A stretch of DNA of 64,000 nt from positions 26,635-90,634 of the forward strand of contig JBGUPU010000017.1 in assembly GCA_045130475.1 (NCBI GenBank), given 5' to 3'. This DNA is from Lachnospiraceae bacterium. Its GTDB lineage: Bacteria > Bacillota > Clostridia > Lachnospirales > Lachnospiraceae. Within the stretch, counting starts at the first letter, position 1. Each line of letters starts with the position of its first letter. Under the pieces are notes generated by a model. It was given only the letters and a program-made list of their open reading frames with translations, had not been told where the DNA came from and made no database searches. The position numbers and the translations under genes are program-made. This document shows, piece after piece, positions 49,483 through 58,825 of this stretch.

Positions 49483-50286
49483 CTAACCTCTCAGCCATTT
49501 GATCCTCTTTGCTGTATATTTCTCGATATCCTTCCATAGGCTGTAGAGCTGGCGCTTATGCGAGCAGAGTTTCTCGGTGCAGTTCTGACAGTGCAGATAT
49601 CCGTTTGTCACAGGTGAAAATCGTTCCGGATGCAGATAGAAGGTGATCTCCCAGCGAAGCATCAGGATCAGCGACATGGCCAGAAGTGACCATGAGTAGG
49701 TTTTTCGGACGAAAAACATGGGCGTAAAAATCATGGCGTAGTCCCAGTTGTAAATGCGGCAGGAACTGCAGCATTTGTTCTTCATAAACCAGCTCTGGAA
49801 CGGACAGAAAAAGAGGATGCAGATCATGTCGCAGACAGAATAGGCGCAGCTGATCAGGATCATGATCCCATCATCGAAAATCCCGGACATGTGAAGCGCC
49901 CCGAAAACGCCATTGAAACAAATCCAGATAAGAGCGACCAGCATGGTCCCGTTGTTGTCCGGAATCTGTATAATGGTCTCGCCTGTGCGGATATAGTTTC
50001 CTGCAAACTGTTTCTGACTTCCCGGGCTTTCCAGCCTGGAAGGGAAAAAGCGCAGGATCATTTCCACTGCAAAGACCAGCCACAGGATTCCCAGGATTAC
50101 AGGCCTGCCCTCCAGGAGTTTGGTAATCTCTACTCCGGAACCTCCCATGTTCAGCCGGTATCGAACATAGAAAACAAGGACAGCCAGCAAAAGCATCGAT
50201 CTATACACGAGTCGAAAATAGTGATATGTACTCACCGGCGTCAGTTTTACCCGTCTTTTTTCCCTGCGCGCAGTCTTTTTTGCCAT
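49483..50286 (-). CDS. Conserved hypothetical membrane protein with Cys clusters
   Basis: About 6 TM helices; CDMICILFFCPFQ, KCCSSCRIYNWD and HCQNCTEKLC. Confidence 0.7.
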   Translation of the reverse strand: MAKKTARREKRRVKLTPVSTYHYFRLVYRSMLLLAVLVFYVRYRLNMGGSGVEITKLLEGRPVILGILWLVFAVEMILRFFPSRLESPGSQKQFAGNYIRTGETIIQIPDNNGTMLVALIWICFNGVFGALHMSGIFDDGIMILISCAYSVCDMICILFFCPFQSWFMKNKCCSSCRIYNWDYAMIFTPMFFVRKTYSWSLLAMSLILMLRWEITFYLHPERFSPVTNGYLHCQNCTEKLCSHKRQLYSLWKDIEKYTAKRIKWLRG

Positions 50287-50357
50287 TTTGTCCTCCCTAA
50301 GCTGCGATTGGTAAGCAGACCACTCAATAATAAGCCACAGCTGGTATCTTCACGAAA

Positions 50358-50897
50358 TCAATCTTCAATAATATACGCGTCGACAATCTCACCGAAGAAG
50401 GTGACATGAGGATCCTTGTTGGCGCCTGTTGCAGTGCTGTCAACGTCCTGCGGATACATAGATCTGTTGATCTCCTCGCTCAGGGCGGAGAGGTCCTGGA
50501 TCTGGGAGTACATCACCCTGCACTCCAGGGTCAGGGGAAATTCCTTCACTGCAGGAACAGAGACCTTCTCACCGTCTACCAGAGTAAGCTCGGCTTCCGA
50601 AATCTTGTCTGTGTTCCTGCCGCTTTTGCCGCCGCAGATTCCCAGAATCTTTTTATCAAAATCACCGACGGGGATACTGACAGTGAATTCAGGATTCTGT
50701 GCCAGCTGTTTTCTGGTAAAACGCCCCTCGCGTATATAGGCCGCAAAAACAGGCTTTCCCCAGTTCACGCCGATGGTCCCCCAGCCGATCACCATGGAGT
50801 TGACCTTCTCAGCCTTTGTATTTAAAAGGATTCCGCCCGGAAGAGCCTTTATAATCATATTTGCGTAATCACTGAATTCAACTTTTCTTCTTTCCAT
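50358..50897 (-). CDS. Flavin reductase family protein
   Basis: NSMVIGWG, FTVSIP, CGGKSGRNTDK, LECRV and HVTFFGEI motifs. Confidence 0.88.
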   Translation of the reverse strand: MERRKVEFSDYANMIIKALPGGILLNTKAEKVNSMVIGWGTIGVNWGKPVFAAYIREGRFTRKQLAQNPEFTVSIPVGDFDKKILGICGGKSGRNTDKISEAELTLVDGEKVSVPAVKEFPLTLECRVMYSQIQDLSALSEEINRSMYPQDVDSTATGANKDPHVTFFGEIVDAYIIED

Positions 50898-51044
50898 TTT
50901 TGTGCCTCCTGCTTTCCTTTTTGAGAAACAACATTTTCCTGCTTGCTTCAGATAATACCCTTCTATCATACCATAACAGACAAGGCTGACAAATAATCAG
51001 GCGTATCATCCCTCTCGGAAAAAAAAGAAAGATTGTTCGTACGC

Positions 51045-51073
51045 AAAAAGGGATGCCGCTGCCGCAGCATCCC
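51045..51073 (-). terminator. Intrinsic terminator of the GH32 gene
   Basis: gggatgc ... gcatccc stem with a T-run on the minus strand. Confidence 0.65.
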
Positions 51074-51122
51074 GCATTTTATAGTCTGAAAAACAGTATG
51101 AGACAACTGTCCGAAAACAGTG

Positions 51123-52751
51123 TCATACAAGAATATCGTATTTCTCCAGATTCCGGAATGTCGCTGTTCCGCCTTTTGCAAAGAACTGCACACCAGCGTC
51201 TCCATCAAAATCAGGATATACATTTCCTGTCATGACATGGCGGCCGCCGTTGATGAAAACCTCGATCGTACTGATATCCAGGAAGAATCTCAGATCGATG
51301 GAATCTGTCTGCTCGATCGGGCAGACTCTGTGGTCAACATCTTTTTCCTGGCCGGAGAAAGGAATACCGGACTTGCTGCGGTCAAAAATAATCTGTGCTT
51401 TCTCTGCATCATAGTAGACGAGGGTCTCGTGTTCGCTGCCGCAGAAGAGCTTGACGCCGGCCTGCGCCGCGGTACCGGGCTCAATCGTCACCTTCAGCTC
51501 GATGGTTTTGCCGCTGACACCGTCGATGGACCTGCTGCCGTCTGTAACAGCAAAAGAATCTGAGACGACTTTATTCTGGCGATAGCCTTCAATCTCACGG
51601 ACCGGTCTCTGGATAAAGTGTCCGTTTTCGTAGGACAGCTCGCGGGGAAGGGAATAGGTGCCGGCCCACCCCTCTTCCCGGGTAGGGAAGTTGCGGTCCC
51701 ACATCTCCTTCCAGGCGATCATGATGCAGCGGTCATCCGGCATTCTGAGTGTCTGGGCTGCATAGAAATCAAAGCCGTTATCCAGTTCCCCGATCTCATC
51801 GATCCTGAAACGTCCGTTTTCAAAGTTCATCTCTCCCAGCAGATAGACGCCGGAGTGAACATTCTGATAGGATGTACCAATCTGCGGGAGATTCTGCGGG
51901 CTGGTCAGTACGACCTCCTGCCCGGAAAGGACGATATAGTCGGGACACTCATAGGCACCGTCCAGACAATAAAAAGCGTCGTCCAGTTGAATCTGCCCTT
52001 CCGTTTCCTGGTCTAGCAGATGCCCGACATAATCCCAGTGCAGGAGATCTTTGCTGCGCGCAAGAATCATGTTGCCGAATCCTGCCTTCTTCTCTTCTTC
52101 CTGGTCAGTGACCGGATCCATCGAAGGAGGTTTTACGCCCAGGATGGCTCCCGATGCGTGAACGACCCCTTCAAAGCTATCTTCTCCGTCTCCCAACGGC
52201 TTCCCGCTTTTTTCACCGCTTCCGCCGGATGCCTCAGCCAGAGCCCTGGCCTCCTTCAGTTCTTCCCTGGTCAGCACACGCGCGCCTGCGATGAAGTAAT
52301 AATAACCATCCTTCTGGAAGATGCGCGGATCGCGGCAGTCCGTCTCTGTGACCTCGAGGTCCAGCATTGCAGATGTCAGGATCGGATTATCTTTGTTTTT
52401 TTCAAAATGGATGCCTCCGTCTTTGGAAACAGCAAGACACTGCCTCTGGCGCTCCGGCTGGGCGGCAGTATACATCAGCCATAAATCACCGTCTTTTTCT
52501 ACGGTGCTGCCCGAACAGCATCCGCAGACCACTTCATACTCCTGGTCCGGTACAAGCACGACGGGCAGGGTCTCCCATTTCACAAAATCCGTGGTGGTAA
52601 AGTGTCCCCAGTGCATGGTTCCCCATTCTGCTTTGTGCGGATAATGTTGAAAAAAGAGGTGCGCTTTTCCATTGTAAAATATCGTTCCGTTGGGGTCATT
52701 TGACCAGCCTGAGGGTACACTTGCATGGTATGTAGGCCTGTAGCTCTGCAT
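51123..52751 (-). CDS. GH32 beta-fructofuranosidase / sucrose-6-phosphate hydrolase, cytoplasmic
   Basis: WSNDPNG, WGH, CRDP, YECPD and DFYAAQT motifs; no signal peptide. Confidence 0.92.
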   Translation of the reverse strand: MQSYRPTYHASVPSGWSNDPNGTIFYNGKAHLFFQHYPHKAEWGTMHWGHFTTTDFVKWETLPVVLVPDQEYEVVCGCCSGSTVEKDGDLWLMYTAAQPERQRQCLAVSKDGGIHFEKNKDNPILTSAMLDLEVTETDCRDPRIFQKDGYYYFIAGARVLTREELKEARALAEASGGSGEKSGKPLGDGEDSFEGVVHASGAILGVKPPSMDPVTDQEEEKKAGFGNMILARSKDLLHWDYVGHLLDQETEGQIQLDDAFYCLDGAYECPDYIVLSGQEVVLTSPQNLPQIGTSYQNVHSGVYLLGEMNFENGRFRIDEIGELDNGFDFYAAQTLRMPDDRCIMIAWKEMWDRNFPTREEGWAGTYSLPRELSYENGHFIQRPVREIEGYRQNKVVSDSFAVTDGSRSIDGVSGKTIELKVTIEPGTAAQAGVKLFCGSEHETLVYYDAEKAQIIFDRSKSGIPFSGQEKDVDHRVCPIEQTDSIDLRFFLDISTIEVFINGGRHVMTGNVYPDFDGDAGVQFFAKGGTATFRNLEKYDILV

Positions 52752-53054
52752 CAGTTCTCTCCTTTTCCGGCTCCTGATTGTCAGTCCTTCCGGCAATTTC
52801 TCGTCCCGGCACTGTATCCTGCTGCATTTTCTCTATGACAAAGGATCCGATCTGTAATTGTATGTAACAACACGCTTGTACATTTTGTCCGATTCACACG
52901 AAAAAATATACTTTGTCCTGTTCCATTATACCTCTATTCCGAATAATGTAAAACACAATCACGTACAGACTCCCATCCGGCAGCATGTCCGAGATGATCC
53001 GCAGGGTTCCCTGAACCGCTAAACAAACAGGCTTCGATTCTCCGTCTGTGCACT

Positions 53055-53084
53055 AAAAAACAGGGCAGAATGTCTCTGCCCTGT
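53055..53084 (-). terminator. Intrinsic terminator of the DUF1653 gene
   Basis: cagggcaga ... tctgccctg with a T6 tail on the minus strand. Confidence 0.75.
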
Positions 53085-53180
53085 CGTCATCATGAATGCT
53101 TTTCCTGTTTTATTCCCGGCAGCCGCATTCACAGCCCGGGAAACATGAAATCCTGCCCGTCTTCTTAAGGGTGGTCCCCA

Positions 53181-53438
53181 TTACGCATCATCCCAGTTGT
53201 GGATCGCGTCCGCGATCCTGCTGAAGCGGGGATGCTCAATTCCGTCAATCTCAACTGCCTCATTCCACATAGCCGCCGGCCTTACCCACACATCTTCATC
53301 ACCATACAGCGCACGATAGACAACCATGGGCTCGGAGGTCTCCGAATGCTTCGCGACGTAGAGAACCTCATACTCTTTGCCCTTGAAATGCCGATATTTA
53401 CCCGGAAGGATCGTATTTAATGCCTGTTCAAAGTCCAT
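53181..53438 (-). CDS. DUF1653 domain protein
   Basis: GKYRHFKGKEYEV, HSETSEPMVVYRALYG and WVRP motifs. Confidence 0.9.
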   Translation of the reverse strand: MDFEQALNTILPGKYRHFKGKEYEVLYVAKHSETSEPMVVYRALYGDEDVWVRPAAMWNEAVEIDGIEHPRFSRIADAIHNWDDA

Positions 53439-53581
53439 AATCTTCCCCTTTCTCTTGTAAATGACTATCAATGTGACGAATGAATACTATCCGGCACGGA
53501 GCCTTTTACAGCCGTGCCATTGAAGAAAAGCGGTGAAATTCAAACTGCCTGGACACCGCCCCAGTGTTTTTATATACAATA

Positions 53582-53610
53582 ATCTTAACCATATTGCGTG
53601 TAAAAATCAA
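53582..53610 (-). promoter_or_regulatory. Probable sigma-70 promoter for the DUF1653 gene, with a ~135-nt structured leader
   Basis: TTGATT-17 bp-TAAGAT on the minus strand. Confidence 0.5.
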
Positions 53611-53703
53611 TAGCGGCAGACCGGGAAGAGTTCCTGCGGCTCTGGTCATGTAATTTACAAAGATTTTGACTTTTACATCATTATATCCAGGCACATTTTT
53701 AGT

Positions 53704-54174
53704 TCATGTGCCGGTTTTCCTTGCCAATTCCAGGTATCTCCTGAACACCGGCCGAATCGGGGGAGAGATCTCTTCGAGCCTGATCTCTTCAGGAGAAAAG
53801 TAACGGATCTCTTCCAGTTCTTCCTCCTGGGGAAAAGGTTCTCCGCTGTAATCCCTGCATATATAAATGATCTCAACGTTGGAAACTTCGTCCCCGTTGG
53901 GATAGATATAATGCGTTTCCGGGCCGGAATTGATATAGAAGAGCTCCAGTTTTCCCGCAGTGATCCGCATTTCCTCATACAGCTCGCGCCGCGCACAGTC
54001 TTCCACGCGCTCATCGATCTCCACAGCTCCGCCGGAGTATCCCCAGAGATGATTGTCCGTGCGTTTCCCCAGAAGGAGCTGTCCCTTGTCATTCACACAG
54101 ATGATGCTGGCTGCGCACTGGATCAGTGTCCTGTGTCCGACAATCTGCCTCAGGTCCTGTATATATCCGCTCAT
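53704..54174 (-). CDS. NUDIX hydrolase
   Basis: Nudix box GGAVEIDERVEDCARRELYEE; ATGA overlap with tdk. Confidence 0.92.
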   Translation of the reverse strand: MSGYIQDLRQIVGHRTLIQCAASIICVNDKGQLLLGKRTDNHLWGYSGGAVEIDERVEDCARRELYEEMRITAGKLELFYINSGPETHYIYPNGDEVSNVEIIYICRDYSGEPFPQEEELEEIRYFSPEEIRLEEISPPIRPVFRRYLELARKTGT

Positions 54175-54761
54175 TTAAAAATTCTTCCTTCCTTGAAATG
54201 TTTCCTGCAAAGAGATACATAGGACTCGTTGCCGCCGATCATGATCTGTTCGCCGGTCCGGACAACCTTCCCGTCCTTGATCCGGGTATTGTAGTGGGCG
54301 CGTCTCCCGCACCAGCAGACCGTGGGAACTTCCTCAATGATATCAGCAATCTCCATCAGCCTTTTTGAGCCCTCAAACAGGTGACTGGTAAAATCAGTGC
54401 GAAGCCCGTAACACAGGACAGGTATATCATAAAAATCCACTATGTCGGAGAGCAGATCCACTTCTTCCGCAGACACAAACTGTGCCTCGTCTACAATGAC
54501 GGCGGCCAGCTTCTTCTCTTGCAGAGCCATTTGGACACTGCTCCCTTCCGTTTTCATCTCTTCCAGGAACTCATCGACAAAGCTGCACTTGTCTTCCAGC
54601 CCGATCCGGGACCGGATCAGCCTTTCCCCGTCCCTTGTATCGGTCCGCGGTTTCAGCAGGACCGGTATCTGACCTTTTTCCTCATAATTGTATTTGACCA
54701 TCAGGGCGTTCGCCGTTTTTGAAGATCCCATCGCCCCGTATCTGAAATATAGTTTTGCCAT
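54171..54761 (-). CDS. tdk: Thymidine kinase
   Basis: YGAMGSSKT, VDEAQF, YGLRTDF, CWCG and YVSLCRKHF motifs. Confidence 0.96.
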   Translation of the reverse strand: MAKLYFRYGAMGSSKTANALMVKYNYEEKGQIPVLLKPRTDTRDGERLIRSRIGLEDKCSFVDEFLEEMKTEGSSVQMALQEKKLAAVIVDEAQFVSAEEVDLLSDIVDFYDIPVLCYGLRTDFTSHLFEGSKRLMEIADIIEEVPTVCWCGRRAHYNTRIKDGKVVRTGEQIMIGGNESYVSLCRKHFKEGRIFK

Positions 54762-54961
54762 AATCCAACCTCAATCCGGTCTTTCATTCTTGTGGTCATG
54801 GGCAAGTGCCCGCAAACATGTGTGAATAAACTTCGCAATGTTACACCCATAAGCAAACCTGATGTAACGCAGTTTTTTCTTTTACGTCATTAAGTATAAA
54901 GAAATGTGATATTCCTTTTCAAGCTGTTTATAAAGTATGTTTCCCGAACAAGGAGGTAATC

Positions 54962-55786
54962 GTGAAAAAATCATTTTTCAATAAGTCAAAGGTCTTCGCC
55001 GCCATGTTCAGTGCGATTACATGTGCGGCAGTAATAGGAATTTCCGGGTGTTCCCCGGCAGGCAGCTCAGCCGACACGAGCAGCCTTACGACTACTGTAG
55101 TGCAGGCACAGGAAACTTCTCCGGTGTCGGGAACTGTATCCACTCCCGATACAGTGACAGTATCCGCAAAGGGAAGTACAAGTGCTGTGCCTGACCGAGC
55201 AGAACTGCACTTCGGAATCCGGACTCAGGCTGATACTGCTGAAGAAGCTCAGAAGGACAACAGTAAAAATGTCGATGCAGTTGTCAAGGTACTGAAAAAG
55301 AACGGGATCAAAGAAGAGAAGATCCAGACCTCTATGTATGATGTCAGTCCTCAGTACGACTGGAATACGGGTGATGGCAGCAAAGTCATAGGCTACAGCG
55401 CCTTCAGCAATCTGTCAGTCAAAGATGTCGCGATCGATGATGCCGGAAAGCTGATCACGGCCTGCACTAATGCCGGAGCAAACGAGTTCAACGGCATCTC
55501 CTACAGTAGCACACAGTATGATGCCTTATATGCGGAGGCTTTAAAGAAAGCAGTTGCTGCCGCACAGGTAAAGGCCCAGGTCCTGGCCGAAGCCGCCGGC
55601 AGGAAACTCGGCGATGTAAAGACGCTCTCTGAGGGCTATCAGGATATGACCTACGCAAATACCAGTGAAAAGGTATATGCCGCTGCGGGAATGGGCGCTG
55701 CGGAAGACAGTGCACCAAGCGCAAATATCCTGCCCGGACAGGCAGAGATCACGGCAAATGTCACTGTGACCTATATCCTTCAGTAA
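54962..55786 (+). CDS. SIMPL (DUF541) domain lipoprotein
   Basis: Lipobox GISGC; PDRAELHFGI and ALKKAVAAAQVKAQVLAEAAG motifs. GTG start after AAGGAGGT. Confidence 0.88.
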   Translation: MKKSFFNKSKVFAAMFSAITCAAVIGISGCSPAGSSADTSSLTTTVVQAQETSPVSGTVSTPDTVTVSAKGSTSAVPDRAELHFGIRTQADTAEEAQKDNSKNVDAVVKVLKKNGIKEEKIQTSMYDVSPQYDWNTGDGSKVIGYSAFSNLSVKDVAIDDAGKLITACTNAGANEFNGISYSSTQYDALYAEALKKAVAAAQVKAQVLAEAAGRKLGDVKTLSEGYQDMTYANTSEKVYAAAGMGAAEDSAPSANILPGQAEITANVTVTYILQ

Positions 55787-55804
55787 AAAATACCACACAG
55801 CCAT

Positions 55805-55851
55805 AAAAGGAGCTGCCGAATATCGTTTATGATATTCAGCAGCTCCTTTTT
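55805..55851. terminator. Bidirectional intrinsic terminator
   Basis: aaaaggagctgc ... gcagctcctttt. Confidence 0.85.
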
Positions 55852-55890
55852 AATACTTCAATCAGTTTTCAATCATTCAGCCACGGCAGT

Positions 55891-57012
55891 TCACTTTTTA
55901 TCAGATTTGATATAATCCGCATAAGAACGGGGAGGTCCGGGCTTCTCGCTGGCGAAGCCGCACCAGCGGTAAATACATTCCTGGACATAGCGTTTCATCA
56001 ACTTGTCATCCTCATTCCTGTAGGGGGAGCACTCGATCCGCATCTCCATCTCGTTGGAGGGAGTGATTTTGATCAGTTTATAGATGATCTTCCCTGCGCT
56101 GTTATAGCCTGTCACAACTGCGCGCGAAAAACCCGCGCTCTTTTCATACTCATCGAGCAGTACTTTTCTGGAAGATGTAATTTCTGTACCCTCCGCCGCA
56201 AGAGCAGCGTCCTTTGCTGCGGAAAGATTCAGATTATCGTTTCTCTGATAAAGGGAAAATGTCAGAGATGATCCTCCGGTTCCCGTAAAGGTATGCGACT
56301 CGATATTTGTACCAAGCGGGGTGGAAACTCTGTCAAAACTGCTTCTGACAGAATTGTACAGGTTGGGAGGATAGCTGAAAAAGAACCCGGAAGTATCAGA
56401 ATAGTAGGAACGATACTGTTCCGGAACCAGATTTAAACTATAGTCCTCCTCCTGGCCAGGATCGATTGTAAACAAAGAAGCAGTCTCAGCCTGATTCTGC
56501 CCGGACTGTACCGGTTCAGAAGGCTGCGTCGCGTCGGCCGGCTGTACCGGTTCAGAAGGCTGCGTCGCGTCGGCTGGCTGTACCGGTTCAGAAGGCTGCG
56601 TCGCGTCGGCTGGCTGGGCAGCCGGCTCAACAGAAAGGGCTTCAAGGACAAAAGCCCGGCTGATGTCGTTGCTCTCGTCCGACTTGACCGTATAGTTTTC
56701 CGAGGTTTCAAAAGACTGGTAACCATCCGCTTCAAATAAAAGCTTATATTGTCCGGGGGGAAGTTCCACTTCAAAATATCCGTCCTGGCCTGTTGTATCT
56801 GAATTGTCGTGGGAAGTATATTTCTCTCCCTCCTCATCAATGGGAGTTACATCTACCCCGCGAATCGGGATGCCCGTTACCGAATCCTGCACATATCCGC
56901 TGACGGTGCCGACATCGTCCGCAGGATTCCTTGTAAACAGATAAGCACCCCCCATGATCAGAACCGCAAGCAGCGCAATGAGGATTCCAACAGTACTGTT
57001 TTTGTTACGCAT
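55891..57012 (-). CDS. Membrane-anchored extracellular protein with carboxypeptidase-regulatory/Cna-B-like domain and Pro/Gln repeat linker
   Basis: One N-terminal TM helix; VSGYVQDSVTGIPIRGV and GYFEVELPPGQYKLLFEADGY; then a repeat linker and a C-terminal globular domain. Confidence 0.7.
   Translation of the reverse strand: MRNKNSTVGILIALLAVLIMGGAYLFTRNPADDVGTVSGYVQDSVTGIPIRGVDVTPIDEEGEKYTSHDNSDTTGQDGYFEVELPPGQYKLLFEADGYQSFETSENYTVKSDESNDISRAFVLEALSVEPAAQPADATQPSEPVQPADATQPSEPVQPADATQPSEPVQSGQNQAETASLFTIDPGQEEDYSLNLVPEQYRSYYSDTSGFFFSYPPNLYNSVRSSFDRVSTPLGTNIESHTFTGTGGSSLTFSLYQRNDNLNLSAAKDAALAAEGTEITSSRKVLLDEYEKSAGFSRAVVTGYNSAGKIIYKLIKITPSNEMEMRIECSPYRNEDDKLMKRYVQECIYRWCGFASEKPGPPRSYADYIKSDKK
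56506..56613 (-). repeat. 3 x 36-bp in-frame tandem repeat (QPADATQPSEPV)
   Basis: ctgtaccggttcagaaggctgcgtcgcgtcggc(c/t)gg three times. Confidence 0.95.
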
Positions 57013-57134
57013 AATAAAGGCCTTCCCGGGACACGCCCGTCCGACAGACAATTTGTTTCCTGCACCTGAAATCATTCAGAGAGAGAAAAAACTTGTCCTA
57101 AACACAATCCGCAAGGGAAAACAAACTCAGAGAA

Positions 57135-57917
57135 TCAGCTTTCCACGCTGTTAATTTTAAAATATAACATGATTCCGGAGAGAATGGAACAGATAGCAAT
57201 CAGCAGCAGCAGAAAACGCCAGCAGTAGAGAATATAGGCCGGATCCGAGTGGAAAATATCCAGTTCCTGGCTGGGCGGCAGCAGACTGTTGAGGTCCGCT
57301 ATGGATCCCAGGGCATAAAACCCCCATCGCGCGGTCGTAAAGTTGGCCGCCTTTTCCATGATCCCGTCCAGGTCAAACAGGCAGCCGCTCAGCAGCAGCT
57401 GGGCGATCAGGATCACAGGAATAATCGTCATGATGGATGTGATACTGTTGATCAGCATACCCATCAGAAATCCCAGCATGTCTGCGCTCATGGTGATCAG
57501 AAAAAAGGTAAGACAAAAGTCCAGGCTCCGGTTTCCCAGAACGATTCCGGTATTTTTAAAATCAAAAAAAGAACTGAACACAAAAGCACAGACAACGGAC
57601 TCAACAGCACTCAGGAAGAGCTGAATAAAAAAATTGGCAGAGACGTAGGTTTTCACAGGCAGGTATTTGTCAAGATCATCAAGAAGATAGTCGCGCTCTG
57701 AATAAAAAAGGGCGATCGAATTAAAGAGCCCGCACCAGATACTGCACATCAGCACTGAAAACAGGCATGCCTTAGTGGCGCCATATGATTCAAATACATC
57801 TTTTTTGACAGCATAACATGTGATCGTAATGATCGCGGCGGTCATAATCGTATTTCCGATCAGATTGGATGCCTTTGTGGAAATCCACCTGCGGATATAA
57901 TCAAAGAAATCAGCCAT
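57135..57917 (-). CDS. ABC-2 type transporter permease
   Basis: About 6 TM helices; IWCGLFNSI, ERDY, PVILIAQLLLSG and ARWGFYALG motifs. Confidence 0.8.
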   Translation of the reverse strand: MADFFDYIRRWISTKASNLIGNTIMTAAIITITCYAVKKDVFESYGATKACLFSVLMCSIWCGLFNSIALFYSERDYLLDDLDKYLPVKTYVSANFFIQLFLSAVESVVCAFVFSSFFDFKNTGIVLGNRSLDFCLTFFLITMSADMLGFLMGMLINSITSIMTIIPVILIAQLLLSGCLFDLDGIMEKAANFTTARWGFYALGSIADLNSLLPPSQELDIFHSDPAYILYCWRFLLLLIAICSILSGIMLYFKINSVES

Positions 57918-57989
57918 AAAAACCTTCTTCTCTCCTGAATTTTTATCCTGAATAAGACAGCTCAGGCAAGTGGGTTCATCCCTCCGCAG

Positions 57990-58760
57990 TCAGCCCCTGC
58001 TGTTTGCTCGGAATGCAGCAAATTTTCGGATAAAGTAGTCCGCCTCCCCGCGGCCGCCTTCATCGGCCGCGTTGACTCTGGACAATATATCGACATAGTC
58101 TTTCACTTCAAAAAAACTGCGTATATATTGGGGACTGCCGGCATAGGCAATCCCGCCGCATTTTGCAGAACTCTTGACCAATACAATGACACGATCGTAG
58201 AGCTCAATATTCACAATATTGTGGGAAATGATAATCGTTGTTTTGTTTTCTCTGCGCGTGATGGCGCAGAGTTTTGATACCAGATCTCTTGAAACCCCGC
58301 AGTCCAGTCCGGTATCGATTTCATCGGCAATGATGATATTTTTCCCGCGGACCAGTTCTTTCGCAATAGAAACGCGCTGCATCTGCCCGCCCGACAGCCG
58401 GCGGATCTCATTATCCTTTACCGACTGCAGCCCCATATCCTGCACATATCGCTTCACTACACTTTCAAGATCTTTTTTCGAATAGAGCCTGGAAAACAAT
58501 GCAGACCAGTAGATGGCTTCCTGCGCTGTCTCGCGGACATTCAGGGCCGGATGCTGGGGAATGTAAGCAATTTCCTCGCGCCGGTAGTCAGTCACCTGTC
58601 CGTCAAAAGAAGTCGTACCTATCAAACATTTGATCAGGGTGCTCTTTCCCGCACCGGATGTGCCGATAATCAGTGTTGTCTTCCCTTTGGGAAAGACAAG
58701 GTGTATATCCTTGAGCGCTGCTTTTCCGGAATACAGTTTTTCTTTAATATCAACACGCAT
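57990..58760 (-). CDS. ABC transporter ATP-binding protein
   Basis: Walker A GTSGAGKST, signature LSGGQ, Walker B IIADE, and H-loop ISH. Confidence 0.93.
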   Translation of the reverse strand: MRVDIKEKLYSGKAALKDIHLVFPKGKTTLIIGTSGAGKSTLIKCLIGTTSFDGQVTDYRREEIAYIPQHPALNVRETAQEAIYWSALFSRLYSKKDLESVVKRYVQDMGLQSVKDNEIRRLSGGQMQRVSIAKELVRGKNIIIADEIDTGLDCGVSRDLVSKLCAITRRENKTTIIISHNIVNIELYDRVIVLVKSSAKCGGIAYAGSPQYIRSFFEVKDYVDILSRVNAADEGGRGEADYFIRKFAAFRANSRG

Positions 58761-58825
58761 CTCTGCTGTTCCTTTCCAGTGGTGTGATGAGCAAAGACCA
58801 CTCCTGAAGGTGTGTCCCTTCTGTC

